NCBI GenBank assembly: GCA_035084275.1
Contig: CM068747.1
Span: 22,134,001-22,198,000 of the forward strand
Length of the DNA: 64,000 bases
Direction of reading: 5' to 3'
From: Hydrolagus colliei
Lineage: Eukaryota
Made by a program: the position numbers and the translations under genes. How positions within the stretch are numbered: position 1 is the stretch's first letter; every line of letters starts with the position of its first letter. This document shows positions 23,801 to 36,323 of this stretch, piece by piece. The notes under the pieces are model-generated. The model saw nothing but the letters and a program-made list of their open reading frames with translations, did no database searches and had not been told where the DNA came from.

Positions 23801-26800
23801 AATGTCATCTAGCATGTAGATAACAATACAATTCATGGTAGACCACAATAAATTTACATAAACTGAAACGCATAATAACAGAAATGAGACTTACCACATG
23901 CTTCTGTATATTGCCATATTGTGCAAACTGTAGGAGGATGTAAGAAGCGGATGCTGGAGGAAACCTGAAAAAAGCCAAAATATTCTTAGCATTTTATTCC
24001 AAATTATGCTACTATACAGAACAGTGAAAAGCTAATGGTGCACACTAGTGAAGGTTAAACTTGCTTCTGCATTTTATCCACCCTGTGGAATTATTTTGTA
24101 CTTTCAAGAGAAATAATACAAACCCAAAGACTGTAATCCAGGTATCATCCAGATAATCGTTTGAGGTGAGAGATTCCCCCTGAGTGTAGAAAGGATCAGC
24201 TTGTGCAGGAGAAAGAGTAGCCTTCCTATGGTGTCCAATAGTGGCTGGACTAAATACATTCGGACCTAAGGTACAAAGAAGACTTGTTAAGCAAGGCCTC
24301 ATTGAGCGTTCCTCAAATTTCTTCTGTTCACAACTCAATCAGTTTTTGTGCAAGAGAAAATTCTTAAACTTGCCCTAATTTTCTTCTGCAGTGCACAAAA
24401 CTGGGTTTTAAATACTTGCATGTCTAAACAGTGCATTGAAAATTATGTTGCAAAAAGACCTTCGATTGAATCTGAGAACATTTGTGACACTAAAGTTTTC
24501 AGAAACTCCAATATTCACTGGTCATCTTTAGGATATATCTCCAGCTGCATAATCTTCTACAACATCAGGAATAATTTTAAACATGTTTTACTTTGATCTA
24601 CAAAGCAATAGGTATATGACCAGCAATTTTTGCAAAGTAATTAAATGCCCTCAATTGGAGTGTCTAACACTTTGGCTCAGAATTGCCAACATTCTGTCAT
24701 TACGAATCATCCCTATGATCATAAAAATGTAACAAGCAAGAAATATTATTCCTTTTGGGGATACAACAACCAGTTAATGCATCCAAAATAAATATAGTAC
24801 AAAGAATGAACCATCATGAAGTATACAGCAAAGCTGTTCAGTATTTAGAACAAAACCAGAAAGAAATCTATTCTCCAGGTCATGTTTCTATGAAGAGGTT
24901 ACAAATACCTCATATTCAGTATACTAACAAATGACATATACAAGTACTATACGTACATGCTCCAGGTGTTAATTGACTATTTACAGGAGGTGTTTGTATA
25001 TTTGAAATGTTAGCCTGCAAAAAAAAGGAAAGACAATTTAAATTAGCCCAGTAAGATTAAGATTGTCAATTACATTAAGTACCATTTCTGGCAAATAAGC
25101 ACTTAGTATTTGAATGGATCTGTTGACTGGATGTGTCTATCCTGGTACCAGCGCTATATGTAATTTTAACTCAATCAAGTTTTCCACAAGTTTCCTTTAG
25201 TTTTTTTTTAAAAAGTAAACTTTCCTAGTTTTCTGCTAGAGAAAGTCAAAAACATCAACCGGCAAGGGATGGCTAACATGGGCAAGCACAAATCATTTTT
25301 AGTCAAAGTAGATGTAGTGTGGTACTGATCTCTGTCAAAAATCATCTGAATGCTATACTGAGGCAAACATAGAAATATTTCACCCCCCGAAAAGAAAACA
25401 TCAAACTACTTACCAGTTTACGTGAAGTTAAGGGTGTGAGTCCACCTCCTGTAGTTCCCAAATCATCATACAAACTACGAACGGGTGGAGCGCCACTTTT
25501 ATCTTTAGATGTACAACTGGGCACAACTGGCTGGGGAGGTGTGCCTCCTGCATTCAGAGTCACAAAAATAAAAACAATTATTTCACAGAACTGAAAACTT
25601 GGGTTTTCCAAACAGTTCAAAACTCAAACCAAGAAAATCCAAAGCAAAGCCAAGATTTCTTTTTGTAATTGTGCTGGACAAGACTTACCTCCGAGAGGAG
25701 ATCGCACGTCCATTATACCTGCACTCGTTCCACCAAAGCTACGCGGTTGAGGAGTCACCGGAGCTGGTAAATCTCCCATGAGGAAACCAGGCAAAAACTG
25801 AGCATTTGCCCCAGGCTTAGGAGATGATGGTGATCCCAAGGCCATTGGCTCCGATCCTGCAAGAAGAATATTTTTTTTTCAACTGTACAGCTAAATGCTT
25901 CATTCCTAAAACATGAACTGAATGTGACTGAAAATCAGGGAACAAAGGGGGAGCGGAGCGAAGGTGAAGAGAGAGCAAAGAAGAAATCAGCCAGAAATCC
26001 TGCTTCTGATTGTTACCAAGTGACTGTTCAAAAACACGTGAACAGGCTTAGGCATGATAACCCAACAGTCAAATTTGTGCCTACAAATGAAGTATGATCA
26101 CTTGCACACAGTACCAGATGGCTATTGTCACCTGTCAAACCGTAGATTCAGCGCAAACATTCATCATTAGGACACATTCCCTGTTAGCTGTTATTTATTT
26201 GTTTGAGGGATCATTATCAGGCTTGTGGAGTAAGGAAACTTGCCCGAGGTTTTGCCCTGACCCGCCTGGACTCAAACTCTGGTCTCTCGCTTGTACGGCT
26301 GGTGCTCTAACCACCGAGTTACAGGACTCTGCTGAGGCAGCCAAGACACGATGATCGGCCACAGGCAGCTGCGTATTGTATCAGTGCAGGCAATTACAAT
26401 ACAGTAGATACTGTAGAACAAAGCTCCTGTGGCTGCCTCCCAAAATATCAGCTTCTGGTTTTCACACTGATCTCTCTCTCTCTATACACTATATGTATAT
26501 ATATATATATATATACACACAATACATCTATATGCAATATATTATACATATACACGTGAAGCGCTTTGAGACATCTAGAAGTGAAAAGCGCGATATCAAA
26601 TGCAAGGATTATTATCATATTATCATATTATTATCACATTATATATGTATGTATCTATACACAGCGAACACAAGAGCAGAATAATCCTGATCTCGAGGCA
26701 CCTCACATCAAACTCCTTCCGTGTGGCCGCTGACGGGCGACAGCCATGAGATACACAACCCCCTCCCAACCGCCCTGACCCCCAGCCCCCACTCCTCAAC

Positions 26801-27252
26801 AACAACAACAATTTACATTTATAGAGCGCCTTTCACGTCGGGAGGACGTCCCAAGGCGCTGTGGTGAGGACAGGTCCAGGTCCAGGGGGCGGGAGGTGAT
26901 GGGTGGGTGTGTTTGAAGTGTGTGTGTGTGCATCACAGCCATGATCAACAACAACATGACACCGGTCGTGTTAAAGCGCTCTGAGGCGCTGTCCGTCGTG
27001 GAGGGCGCTATACAAATCCAAGCTGTTGTTGTTGTTGTTGTTGTTGAGGCTGTCGATCCACATACGCCCCCCCCCCCCCCACCTCCTGTAGTGACTGCGG
27101 GTCGCGGGGCCCGAACCCCGATCTCCGGCTTCCCTCGCGCCGAGCCTGATGAAACCCGGTGCTGGGCGGCTGACGGAGCCTCGCGCGGCGCTGGCAGAGG
27201 CCGGTTGCAAATGGGGAAAGTCGCGGCGAGTCGTCTCACCTTGAAACTCCAT
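20750..27252 (-). CDS. NUP35: Nucleoporin NUP35/NUP53, complete spliced CDS (9 exons, 951 nt, 316 aa)
   Basis: Exons 27252-27240, 25856-25689, 25547-25414, 25014-24957, 24265-24124, 23964-23895, 22294-22166, 21229-21071, 20827-20750. All introns GT-AG with matching phases. Protein [33 protein letters not shown]...[23 protein letters not shown]...KAMEYMFGW, recognisably Nup35 with its RRM-like domain. Confidence 0.97.
20944..21077 (-). repeat. 7-copy 18-20 bp tandem repeat of the NUP35 exon 8/intron 8 junction
   Basis: Unit on minus strand C(T/A)ACCAG GTTTGTGAAA(A)n; six copies keep GT, one has AT. Confidence 0.92.
21071..21229 (-). CDS. NUP35: NUP35 exon 8
   Basis: [22 protein letters not shown]...[16 protein letters not shown]; donor CAG|GTTTGT. 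Confidence 0.95.
21742..22128 (-). mobile_element. Truncated copy of the CAGTAAAAGCC Tigger-like MITE family, in NUP35 intron 7
   Basis: Reverse complement of the ends of the 57975 and 59801 elements; one terminus missing. Confidence 0.78.
22166..22294 (-). CDS. NUP35: NUP35 exon 7
   Basis: [43 protein letters not shown]. Confidence 0.97.
23253..23496. other. Assembly gap (N run)
   Basis: 244 N, in NUP35 intron 6. Confidence 1.
23895..23964 (-). CDS. NUP35: NUP35 exon 6
   Basis: [23 protein letters not shown]; donor GTAAGT. Confidence 0.96.
24124..24265 (-). CDS. NUP35: NUP35 exon 5
   Basis: [10 protein letters not shown]...[30 protein letters not shown]. Confidence 0.95.
24957..25014 (-). 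CDS. NUP35: NUP35 exon 4
   Basis: 58 nt, [19 protein letters not shown], ttgcag acceptor and GTACGT donor; phases fit. Confidence 0.88.
25414..25547 (-). CDS. NUP35: NUP35 exon 3
   Basis: [30 protein letters not shown]...TPLTSRKL; AG/GTAAGT boundaries. Confidence 0.95.
25689..25856 (-). CDS. NUP35: NUP35 exon 2
   Basis: cttgcag|GA TCG GAG CCA ATG...; [39 protein letters not shown]...SPLG; donor GTAAGT. Confidence 0.96.
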
Positions 27253-27430
27253 GAGGCCGATACTCCACCGCCTCCCCTCCCCCTCTTGCCGCCGCTCCTC
27301 CCTCTCCCTCTCCCTGGAGCCCGGGAACGGATTCGAATTTTTTTTCCCCCAAAATGGCGGAAAAGCCGGTGGTGAGGGCGGCGGGCGCTGCATGCTGGGA
27401 GCAACGTCATCACCCCGCGCCGCTTTCACG
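27090..27430 (-). promoter_or_regulatory. NUP35 CpG-island promoter/first exon with YY1 motif
   Basis: CpG-dense stretch around the start codon; YY1 consensus AAAATGGCGG at 27351-27360. Confidence 0.7.
27240..27252 (-). CDS. NUP35: NUP35 exon 1 coding part (MEFQ-G)
   Basis: ATG GAG TTT CAA G|GTGAG inside a CpG island; phase 1 joins exon 2 to read G-S-E-P-M. Confidence 0.8.
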
Positions 27431-28959
27431 TCTCCCTCCCTCCATCTTCCCTTCCGTCCCTGTTCACCTCGCCTCCTTCCCTCCTCCTCCTCTCGCGTAC
27501 TCTCTGTGTCTCTCCTTCCCCGCTCTCCCTCACTCCCTCCCCCACTCACCCCTTCCTCTCTCACTTTCACTCCCTCCGCTGCCTTTCATCCTCCCCTCTC
27601 GCTCTCTCTCTCTCCCTCCCTCCTCTCCCACTCTCTCTGTCCTTGTCTCTCCCTTCTCCCTCGCTCACTCCTCCTCTCCCTCCCTCGTCCCTTCCTCCCT
27701 CATATCCTCTCCCTTCCTTAAGTAAGACAAGTTTCCTGGCCTTACTCACCTTTCCCAGCAACCTGCACTGATTGTAAATTACCCTCTGAGTGTAACACTA
27801 AACCCGAGTCTTCTAGTTACACTATCACTATTTTATACACAAAGATACAGTTTTATCCTGGATTTACTTTTTCAATCCCATTTAAAATGTTGTACCTGGT
27901 ACTTACCTGGTACTTTACCCGCACACAGTCCTCTCCAATACATCTCCTTCAAGGCCGAAGAGAACCAACTTGTCTGATTGTGTGTTGCTCACGGGGCATT
28001 CCTCTAGCAGTAATTATAACACAACAAGATTTGGTAGATTTGTTGAATGAATTGGAAAGCCATGTGGTTTTGTGCCGGTATGAGAAATGCCGAACATTAT
28101 AAATGACGTTTATGAGTGTTAAAGATAACTAAGCAAGGTGTAATGTGCATATGTTTTCAGGCTGTTTTACAAAAAAACAAAATTACATCTGTATAGCGCC
28201 TTATAAAGTTTATCATTTCCATTGACAAGCTTCAAGGCCCTCTCACTAGAATATTTCCCATTGAATTGGTTAACCAACCCTCTGTACTTCCTTTACTCAT
28301 TTGACCTATCGAATGTTAAGTGACCAGGCAGTCATGAGCAAATTCCAAATGTAATCCTGATCATTTTGTCAATTAACATGTAACCGGAGAATTTCGTACC
28401 ACTTTTACTGTAATGCTGCCTTTAACGTCTCAGGTTTACTTTACAAATAAGGCCAAGCCTGTAATCCCTCGTGGCGGTGGGGGGGGCGTTATGCTTGCAT
28501 CATTTATGATGTCAGTCTTGTAACACATGCTGTGATTCACCTGTTGTATATATACAGTTCACTTTTGAACATATAAATTGCACCTTTTAACTGCATGTCA
28601 GCTGGTATGACAGCAGTCTTTATGATGTAAGCATTGTGTGATGTGAATTAAGTGTCCAATTGTTTTACTTAACATTGATCGACCAGACAGTCAAGAGCAA
28701 ACTCCAAATGTCATTCTGATCATTTTGTCAATTAACATGTAACTAGGTGCATTGTAATTTTGATTACAAAAGATTCTATCCTATTTGACGGTCCTGTAGC
28801 AAACATTATACACATTATTCAGGTATCTTTTATCCAGTAAATGAAGGAAACCGATGTATACTAGTAGCTACATTGTGATAATTCTGAAATAAATAATTTT
28901 AAGTTTGTACTTATTACTGAAAAATATACGTAATGTCATAGCAAACATTTTATAATAAA

Positions 28960-29245
28960 TAATACTTAGATTTGATATAGCATCTTTTATATTAGGAAGA
29001 CATTTGAAACTACTTAACAGGATTATACTGTAAATAATCTATTTTGTAGTTGAATGTGATAGTCAATTTGCACGTAGCAATGTCCAACAAACAGCTAAGA
29101 AGTAAATGATCAATTTTATTTAGGGGATTGTTAGCCAAGACACTGAGACAAACTCGCTTCTCTTTTCAAATAGTGGCATAGGATCTTTAACGTCCACCTG
29201 AACAGACAGACGGGACCTCGATTTACCGTCTCATCCGAAGGACCG
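28960..29245 (-). mobile_element. Ancient DeuSINE (AmnSINE/SacSINE-like) remnant
   Basis: Minus strand GTCCTTCGGATGAGACGGTAAATCGAGGTCCCGTCTG...CAGGTGGACGTTAAAGATCCTATGCCACTATTTG matches the Deu domain as I recall it. Confidence 0.75.
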
Positions 29246-29594
29246 ATTGCACATCTGGGATGAATTTAACAGATTTACAGTAGACATATTTCTGAAGAAT
29301 ACAATAAATCATGCAACAAGCAGTACATTACAAACCACTGTATACATACAAATATCAAACCTAACTACAGTACTAGCCAAAAGACAGAAGATTTCATTGA
29401 AAGTTTGTGGAAAAAATAGCATCAAAACATACATTGAAAATTCACATTATCTTGGTGACTTGGTTTTTACTTAAAGACTTACAATATCACTAAGGAAATT
29501 AATAAAAGCAAACAGTAAAATCCAATTAGGACAAAACTTGTACAGTCAGCACCATGTTGCAATTTAAAAAAAAATAATTCAATTCTGTATGCTC

Positions 29595-29783
29595 TCATTT
29601 GTTTGGCTGGTACTTCCTTAGTTGTTCATCAAAGCCAGCATTAGGATTGCTCGCTGGCCTTGCATTTTTTACCAATGAGAACGCATCTTCAAAGCTTAGT
29701 CCAGCTACATTCATAAGGTATCCTATAACGATAGATGCAGAACGTGATACTCCAGCATTGCAGTGAACCAGTGCAACTCCATC
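29595..29783 (-). CDS. DUSP19: DUSP19 coding exon 4
   Basis: [24 protein letters not shown]...[17 protein letters not shown]-stop. Confidence 0.97.
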   Translation of the reverse strand, partial: DGVALVHCNAGVSRSASIVIGYLMNVAGLSFEDAFSLVKNARPASNPNAGFDEQLRKYQPNK

Positions 29784-32700
29784 CTTAAAGAAGGAAATCG
29801 AAAACAAATAATTCAAACATTTACCTGTATTTTTAAACAAATACAAGTTTGAAAACTGGTTCATTTCAATTACATGAGCAAAACACGTTACAATGCAATA
29901 TTGCCATTTTTCAAATAGCAAGAAATTGTTAACATTTTAAAAAATATATCCCAAGTATCTCAATGGCATCTAATTACACAATGCAAAGTTCAAGTAAATG
30001 AAAATAATAATTGTGCATCCTTATACATGTATATTTTTGTGCAACAAAGCCACTATCAGCCATTTTCTGCCACAATAATTAGCTGCTCAATTAGCAGTTG
30101 CAAATGGATTTTCATGTTGATTCATTTTATGAAGACAGGTAGCTTTCCTGGCTTGATATTGGGTTGTTATTGTGAAAGGATTGTTAGGCATCAGCTATCT
30201 TTCATCGCCATGCTGGCCTCATTTGAGATTGAGCATAGTATTAATTTCCAAATGAAGACGAAGGTTTCTTAACTGCTTCAGTTGATTGGACTTATTAGTA
30301 GCAGTTTCATATTGCATGTAATGATATCTGAAGTCTGATAAAGACACTATAAAAACAACAATGGCTATTAGTGGAATAGCTTTTCACACTATCTTCAGTA
30401 ATAAATAATGAACACTGGTTGTTCTTATGTGTGTGGAGTCAATTTCCTTCTGAGTATATTCCTTCGCAACCGAAAAACAAGGAAATATGGTTCAGTGGAA
30501 AAAATCATTAATTATTCACTATGTGTACCTAAACAGTTTACAATATTCTATTTGTATATTTTATTACTAAGTAAACCATTTATATTCAATCAAAATGTTC
30601 ATAATTTGTTTCCGTATTATCTGAAGTGTTCTAAAAAAACAATTTGCTCTCTCTCTCTCGAAGATGTACTCACCTTTGTCCTTGCTTGATCAATAAAACT
30701 GAAGCATTCTTGGAAATATGAAGTGATTTTAGTCTCTGGAAGGTCCAGTATGGGAATGCTTTTATAGGTGAAAACATCTGGAAAGGCATTTTCTATTCCA
30801 TAGCCTACATTCAAAATGTGTGAAATCTTAGGAAGAAAAGCAATTGCAGTAAACTGATGCACAAAACTACATGTTATGCATCAAACATTACTTTATACAT
30901 TTGAATTATATCTGATTCACCATAACTAGCCAAGAAGATAAGCAAGGTGAATGGTTCCCAGCCTCTCCTGCTGAGATTGTCTCTCTAACTTTCACTCTCA
31001 TTTTCTCTTTCTCGCACAGAAAAGTACGAACTCTAATCTGTTTTAGTTTCCAGTCAGTTGAATGTGGGAACACATGGAAAATCCTTGAGAGACAGTGTGC
31101 GTTCTGTACTTCGGAGGAGTGAATTAGTGCACGAGTAAAACATGTCACACTGGGCCACTGAGCATGTTGGTATATCATTAATGAGACACACTATGTCAAC
31201 AACAACAACAACTTCGATTTATATAGCACCCCCCCACACCGGACGGCGTCTCAGAGGCTTCACCATAACAGAAATACTGTGAAAATGTCACCTTTGCCAC
31301 ATTGTATTTGTAGATAAAGAATCCTTGCATTTGAATCCAGTGCCTTTTGAGAATGTGCATCTCAGAAATTAGTATAAAGTTTATTAGTCACTGTATTTTA
31401 CAGGTTTTATTTCTGAAGTTAGTTATTGTCTCTTTTTTTTCCCTGGTCTCACTACTGGCTGTATCTGAAATAGCAGACTGCTAGCAATTGAATCTGTTCT
31501 GAGCTAGGTGTTGAGAGTTACAGTATCTCAGCAGAGTTCATTGCTTTGTCTACAATACTCACCTACTCCAAATCAATTCATTGGAAATTAAGAAACTGGG
31601 GGTATTGTAGTTAAAATCTCTAATGCACTATTATAGTGCTGTCACATTATGATATTATTAAACAAAACATCTCACAGCATTTTGTATACCTTAAACTTTT
31701 TCAATGTCTCATAATCCTGGGCCACGTCTTGTGAAGCTGAAACAATAACAACATTGACATTAGGAATGGTGATAATCTTGAATCATGGAAAGAGAGCAGC
31801 GCTGAAGAAATGCACATGGATACATTGTAATGAATTAACCTTGTTTGGGAATAAAAGCCTTTAGAAACATATTTGAGCTAATTTTATTTGCTTCAGTGTT
31901 TTGGAAATTGGATGGCCTGAACAGTGACCTTACACAAAATAGATGGGATGAAGAGCAACTTTTTAATCCTGTAATTGTAGGTGCTAAAACTACTTGATAC
32001 TAATGTTGGATAGAATGTCTATCAACAACGCAACAAAGCAAGGATTGCTTTCAGTCATGAATGGCTTGAAAGTGGATCCAACCGAACATGGTAACCTTAA
32101 CCATTACTATTGTGCACACTGATTATACTTTCAAACATAATTTTTATTTAAAAGGAAAAACAATAATAAACAAGTCGCATTTGCAAACTGACATCATATA
32201 ATTGTGGGATATATGTTACCATCAAAATGTGTAGTGCTCCATGGTACAAAATAGCGTACCGTATTTGCATTGCAGAAATAATGGAGAAGATGTCAGATAC
32301 TGTAGTCTGGTTTACCTCGAGTGTCTTAAATAACTGGACTAATGTTCAATAGAATCTTACGGCACAAAATATAAACAGTATAACTACATTTGGATTGGTG
32401 AGATATCATTTTTCCCCAATGCAAAAAACTTACCCGTCGAGAGTTTTTCATAACCCTGTTTATACATTTTTGTTCCATATTCCAATACAATATCCCTTCA
32501 GATTCAGTGGCGAGAGTACTTCCAGTGAGCCATACCAATCATATAAAAGCTACCTTATGTCCCTGCCTTCATTATACAGTACATTGTGGATTGTACGGAT
32601 ACACAGTTAAACAAGGGCACAAATCATTGAAATTAGTGGCTCAATACTGAACTGTTTCACTTCTGGACATTGTAGGTTTTGTCTTGCAAGCAAGAGACCT

Positions 32701-33346
32701 GTGTTCGATTCCGGGCAGGGCGAAACCTTGGGCAAGTTTCCATACTCCACAAGCCTGATAATAATCCCACCCCCAAAAAAATCAATTGGTCATTTATTTC
32801 AATTCACAACTGTTTGTGGGACATTGCTGCCGCTGTGAAGTACATTCTGCAAAGCGCTTTGAGACATCTAGAAGATGTGAAAAGCGCTATATCAAATGCA
32901 AGGAATATTACTATTACTACTGTACTATTGTGTCTGATACTGGGATCACTGCACTTCCATGAGACCAAATCTGATCATCGTGGCTCTTTACATCGCGTGT
33001 TCATGTAGAAGCAAAACGTTTTGTGTAAGAAACGGAATCACAAATCTTAGGATAAGACACAATTCTTAAGTTTGGACACATATAGGAGCATGATAAAAGC
33101 ACGATAGCTGTAAAAGGGTAAAACTCACTCACAGAGTAAGAGCCAAGGTTTGACGACACCCACTTGCAGATCAAGGCTGGTGTCTTGAACATATCCACAA
33201 GCCCCATGTGCTTCTTCCACTATCTGCACTCGGGCATCTCTCAGAGTTTCTATCAGTCTTTTCCCAGTAACAGTTGTCACTCTGGTGCTCTGCTTCTTAA
33301 GGGAAGTCTTCGAGAAACTATTGATTTCTTGGACAAGTGAATGCAT
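29595..33346 (-). CDS. DUSP19: Dual specificity phosphatase 19, complete spliced CDS (4 exons, 603 nt, 200 aa)
   Basis: Exons 33346-33133, 31736-31690, 30826-30674, 29783-29595; [33 protein letters not shown]...DLPET...[11 protein letters not shown] (intact HCxxGxxR catalytic motif). Confidence 0.97.
30674..30826 (-). CDS. DUSP19: DUSP19 coding exon 3
   Basis: [51 protein letters not shown]; donor GTGAGT. Confidence 0.96.
31690..31736 (-). CDS. DUSP19: DUSP19 coding exon 2
   Basis: 47 nt, [15 protein letters not shown]; tttcag acceptor, GTATAC donor. Confidence 0.93.
32670..32915 (+). mobile_element. tRNA-derived SINE, partial, in DUSP19 intron
   Basis: GTTCGATTCC B box and conserved tail. 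Confidence 0.85.
33133..33346 (-). CDS. DUSP19: DUSP19 coding exon 1
   Basis: [13 protein letters not shown]...[22 protein letters not shown]; donor GTGAGT. Confidence 0.96.
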
Positions 33347-34607
33347 CTCTCCCACAGTAATCAGAGCATCAAGTCAGAGGTTCAAGTCAGAGCTGTGCAA
33401 AAAAAAAGAGAGAGAGAAGTCAAATGCATTCACCACAGTGTTCACGGCAACTCACACTGACTTAAGGAAGAAAGAGTGAAATGCACAATGCTGTCAATTG
33501 TCTGATTTCTAATTCACTCAAAGGTGCTTCTTGTGACCAGAGTGCAGCCAAGTGAAATCAACAGTGAACCCAACGTGCAGTATTGCATTGCTCTTATTTA
33601 TAAAGAGAGGATGTGATGTGTGACAGCAAACAGAATCGAAAGTTACAGCAAGCAAGAGATGGCAACAGGAGCAGAGAGCTTTAATACTCCAAGCGCATCG
33701 CCATCTATACAATAGGAAGACCACACTCTGGCCATCATACTGCATGCTGCACTCTTTGTAGTTTTACAACAGAATCTTAGCCTCCACCAATGGCCCTAGA
33801 GATAAATACAAAAATAATGTTTGATACATTTATAGGAAAGAATGTGGTCTTAGGAAAGATCAGGGGGAAAAAAAAAGGTGACCTCACTGGGATTTTTGAT
33901 CATCATTGACCTCAGCTCTTTCTTGAACGTTTGATAAGAAGGTTATTGTAAATTTCACTAATACTCACATTGTGAATATTGTAATAATAATAATCCTTAC
34001 ATTTGATGTAGCCCTTTTCCTGTCTTCTAGAGCGCTTTGTCTCAAAGCGCTTCACAGAGTATATTGTAAAGTGAATTGACTGTATTGTATGCAATGTTGG
34101 GCACCCAATTTTGAAGGGACATTGATTCATCAAATCGGATATATACTGTCACTACACAGTTGTTAAACACAAATGAAAGCCCATCTTTCTTCCCACACAC
34201 AATGCCAAGATTTCCGTACACGGTCCTAGGCTTTCATTCTCTTCACAGTGCCTCTCCCTGAAATTGAATGTAGACCCTGAGACACTATCCTGTGTGACGG
34301 GTTTTATTGTTGGTTATACAAGACTATACAAGCTTTTGTCATAGTGAGGCCAGGGTAGCACAATGTACAGACACGGAAATGGATTTAATTTGGCATTTGG
34401 CCACAAAATATATAGTCCAATTCACTTTACATTATATCCTTTGAAGCGCTTTGAGACATCTCAAAGACATGATAAGTAAGACACTATATAATAATATATA
34501 ATGAAACATATATATCAAATGCAAGGATGATTATTATTAATGTAATAGCAGGAGTAGACAATATCTCTCCGGTTTGCCCCAATTCTGCTCCACAACTAGG
34601 AGGATGG

Positions 34608-35500
34608 ACAACAACAACAAAATTACATTTATAAAGCGCCTTTCACATCAGGAGGACGTCCCCGGGCGCTGATCATTTAGGTCAGGACCCAAGCAGTGGG
34701 GGATGGGTCGGGTAGGGGGAAGGAGAGTAGGAAAAAGGTGGGAAAGTTAAGAGGGGAGCAAAAGGCACGGTCGAAGAGGAAGCTCTTGAGACTAGGCTTG
34801 AAGGAGGAAAGGGAGGAAACGAGACAAAGGGATTGCGGGATGGAATTCCAGAGTGTGGGGGCAGAGAGGCTGAAATCCCGGCCACCGATGGTAGGGTGGT
34901 TCGGGCGGGGTACATGGGGCAGGCCAGAGCCTGCTGAATGGAGGGGATGGGCAGGCTGATAAGGAGACAGCAGGTCGGAGAGATAGGCGGGGGCAAGGCT
35001 GTGAATGGCCTTGAAGGTGAGGACGAGGATCTTGAGTTTGATCCTCTGGGGGATGGGGAGCCAGTGGAGAATGGTGAGGGTGGGAGTGATATGGTAGTGG
35101 AGCCTAGTGCGGGAGAGTACATGAGCTGCAGAGTTCTGAACAATCTGCAGCTTGTCAAGGGAAGAGCTGAGAAGGCCGACGAGAAGAGAGCTCCCATAGT
35201 CGAGCCTAGTTGTGATGAATGCGTGGACGTGATTTCGGCAGCATGGAGGGGTGAGGTAGTGGCAGAGTCTGACAATGTTGCAGAGGTGGTGGAAGGCAGT
35301 GGCGCTGATTTGGGGGAAGGAAGGACAGTTCAGGGTCGAACAAGATGCCCAGATTCCTGACTGGCTTTGAGAGGTGGAGAGTACAGCCTTGAATGCTGAT
35401 GTTGCCAGTGCCTGATGTGCGGAGGCGCTGACGCGAGCCAATCAGGAGGGCCTCCATCTTGTTGACACATCAAGAGAAGTACAGCCTTGAATGCTGATGC
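34608..35500 (-). mobile_element. L2 LINE 3' fragment (tail type B), frameshifted
   Basis: ORFs 34677..35441 and 35206..35457: EALLIGSRQRL, VRNLGILFDPELSF, HAFITTRLDYGSSLL, LHWLPIPQRI. Confidence 0.93.
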
Positions 35501-36308
35501 ACGTGAGAATGCCTAGGAAAACAATTCCCATTTCAACAGGTAACAAGAAGTGTTCAGTATGCGAGGTCCCAATGCCTTTGAACTAAGGAGTAAATCAATC
35601 AATCAATCAATCAACTAGCTTTCCCAAGTGGCCTTATCTGGAATTGTTTGTGTGTGGTGGGGCTGTATGTATGCCTGCATGAACAAATATTTACTACGTA
35701 AGGTCACATAACATCATTTAATTTTAATTTGTTTCTTCTATTTTAAACTTTTTAACCTTTGACCCATTTTAGAATAATGCAATAACAACAACAAAATTTC
35801 ATTTATAGAGCGCCTTTCACGTCGGGAGGATGTGCCAAGGCACTGAACAGTCAGCACGGGATCCGATAATAGTCCTCGCTTTTGATATACCATCAATTCA
35901 TGTCTTTGAGACGTCTCAAAGCACCTTTATAATTTCCCTTTATAATCTGGAACAATAGATATCAAATGAAATAAAATCGAAGAAATCCCTGTGGAATATC
36001 CGGAATCATAACTTAACACCCAACATAAAATGAGCCACATTTCCCTGCTGCTGCTGTATTGATTCACTGTATGCATTCTTCCATTTTCTCGGCGTTAAAT
36101 GAGAAATTGATTTCAGTATAATGTGCGTTTCTGACCTATTTCCCCATTGTATCTGAATTATAAACAAACCAAAGAAACTGTTCATGCAAATAGCATTGTA
36201 AAATGGACTGTAAACATACACGAATAAGAAATATTTCCTTCAGATTCATGACCTGAACTCTTAACAGACTGTAGAGGAAGGCAAAGAAACCAGCAAAACA
36301 GTAGCTGT

Positions 36309-36323
36309 GTTACCAATAGCAAC
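36309..36323. promoter_or_regulatory. RFX X-box motif
   Basis: GTTACC-AAT-AGCAAC matches GTNRCC(N0-3)RGYAAC; about 3 kb upstream of the DUSP19 ATG. Confidence 0.55.

Noticed and set aside
26796-27725. 150-200 aa ORFs over the NUP35 promoter
   Set aside because: Result of a GC-rich island, L2 tails and CT tracts; no recognisable protein
27900-27910. U1 snRNA 5' end (TACTTACCTGG)
   Set aside because: Match stops after 11 nt; it is just the complement of a consensus donor
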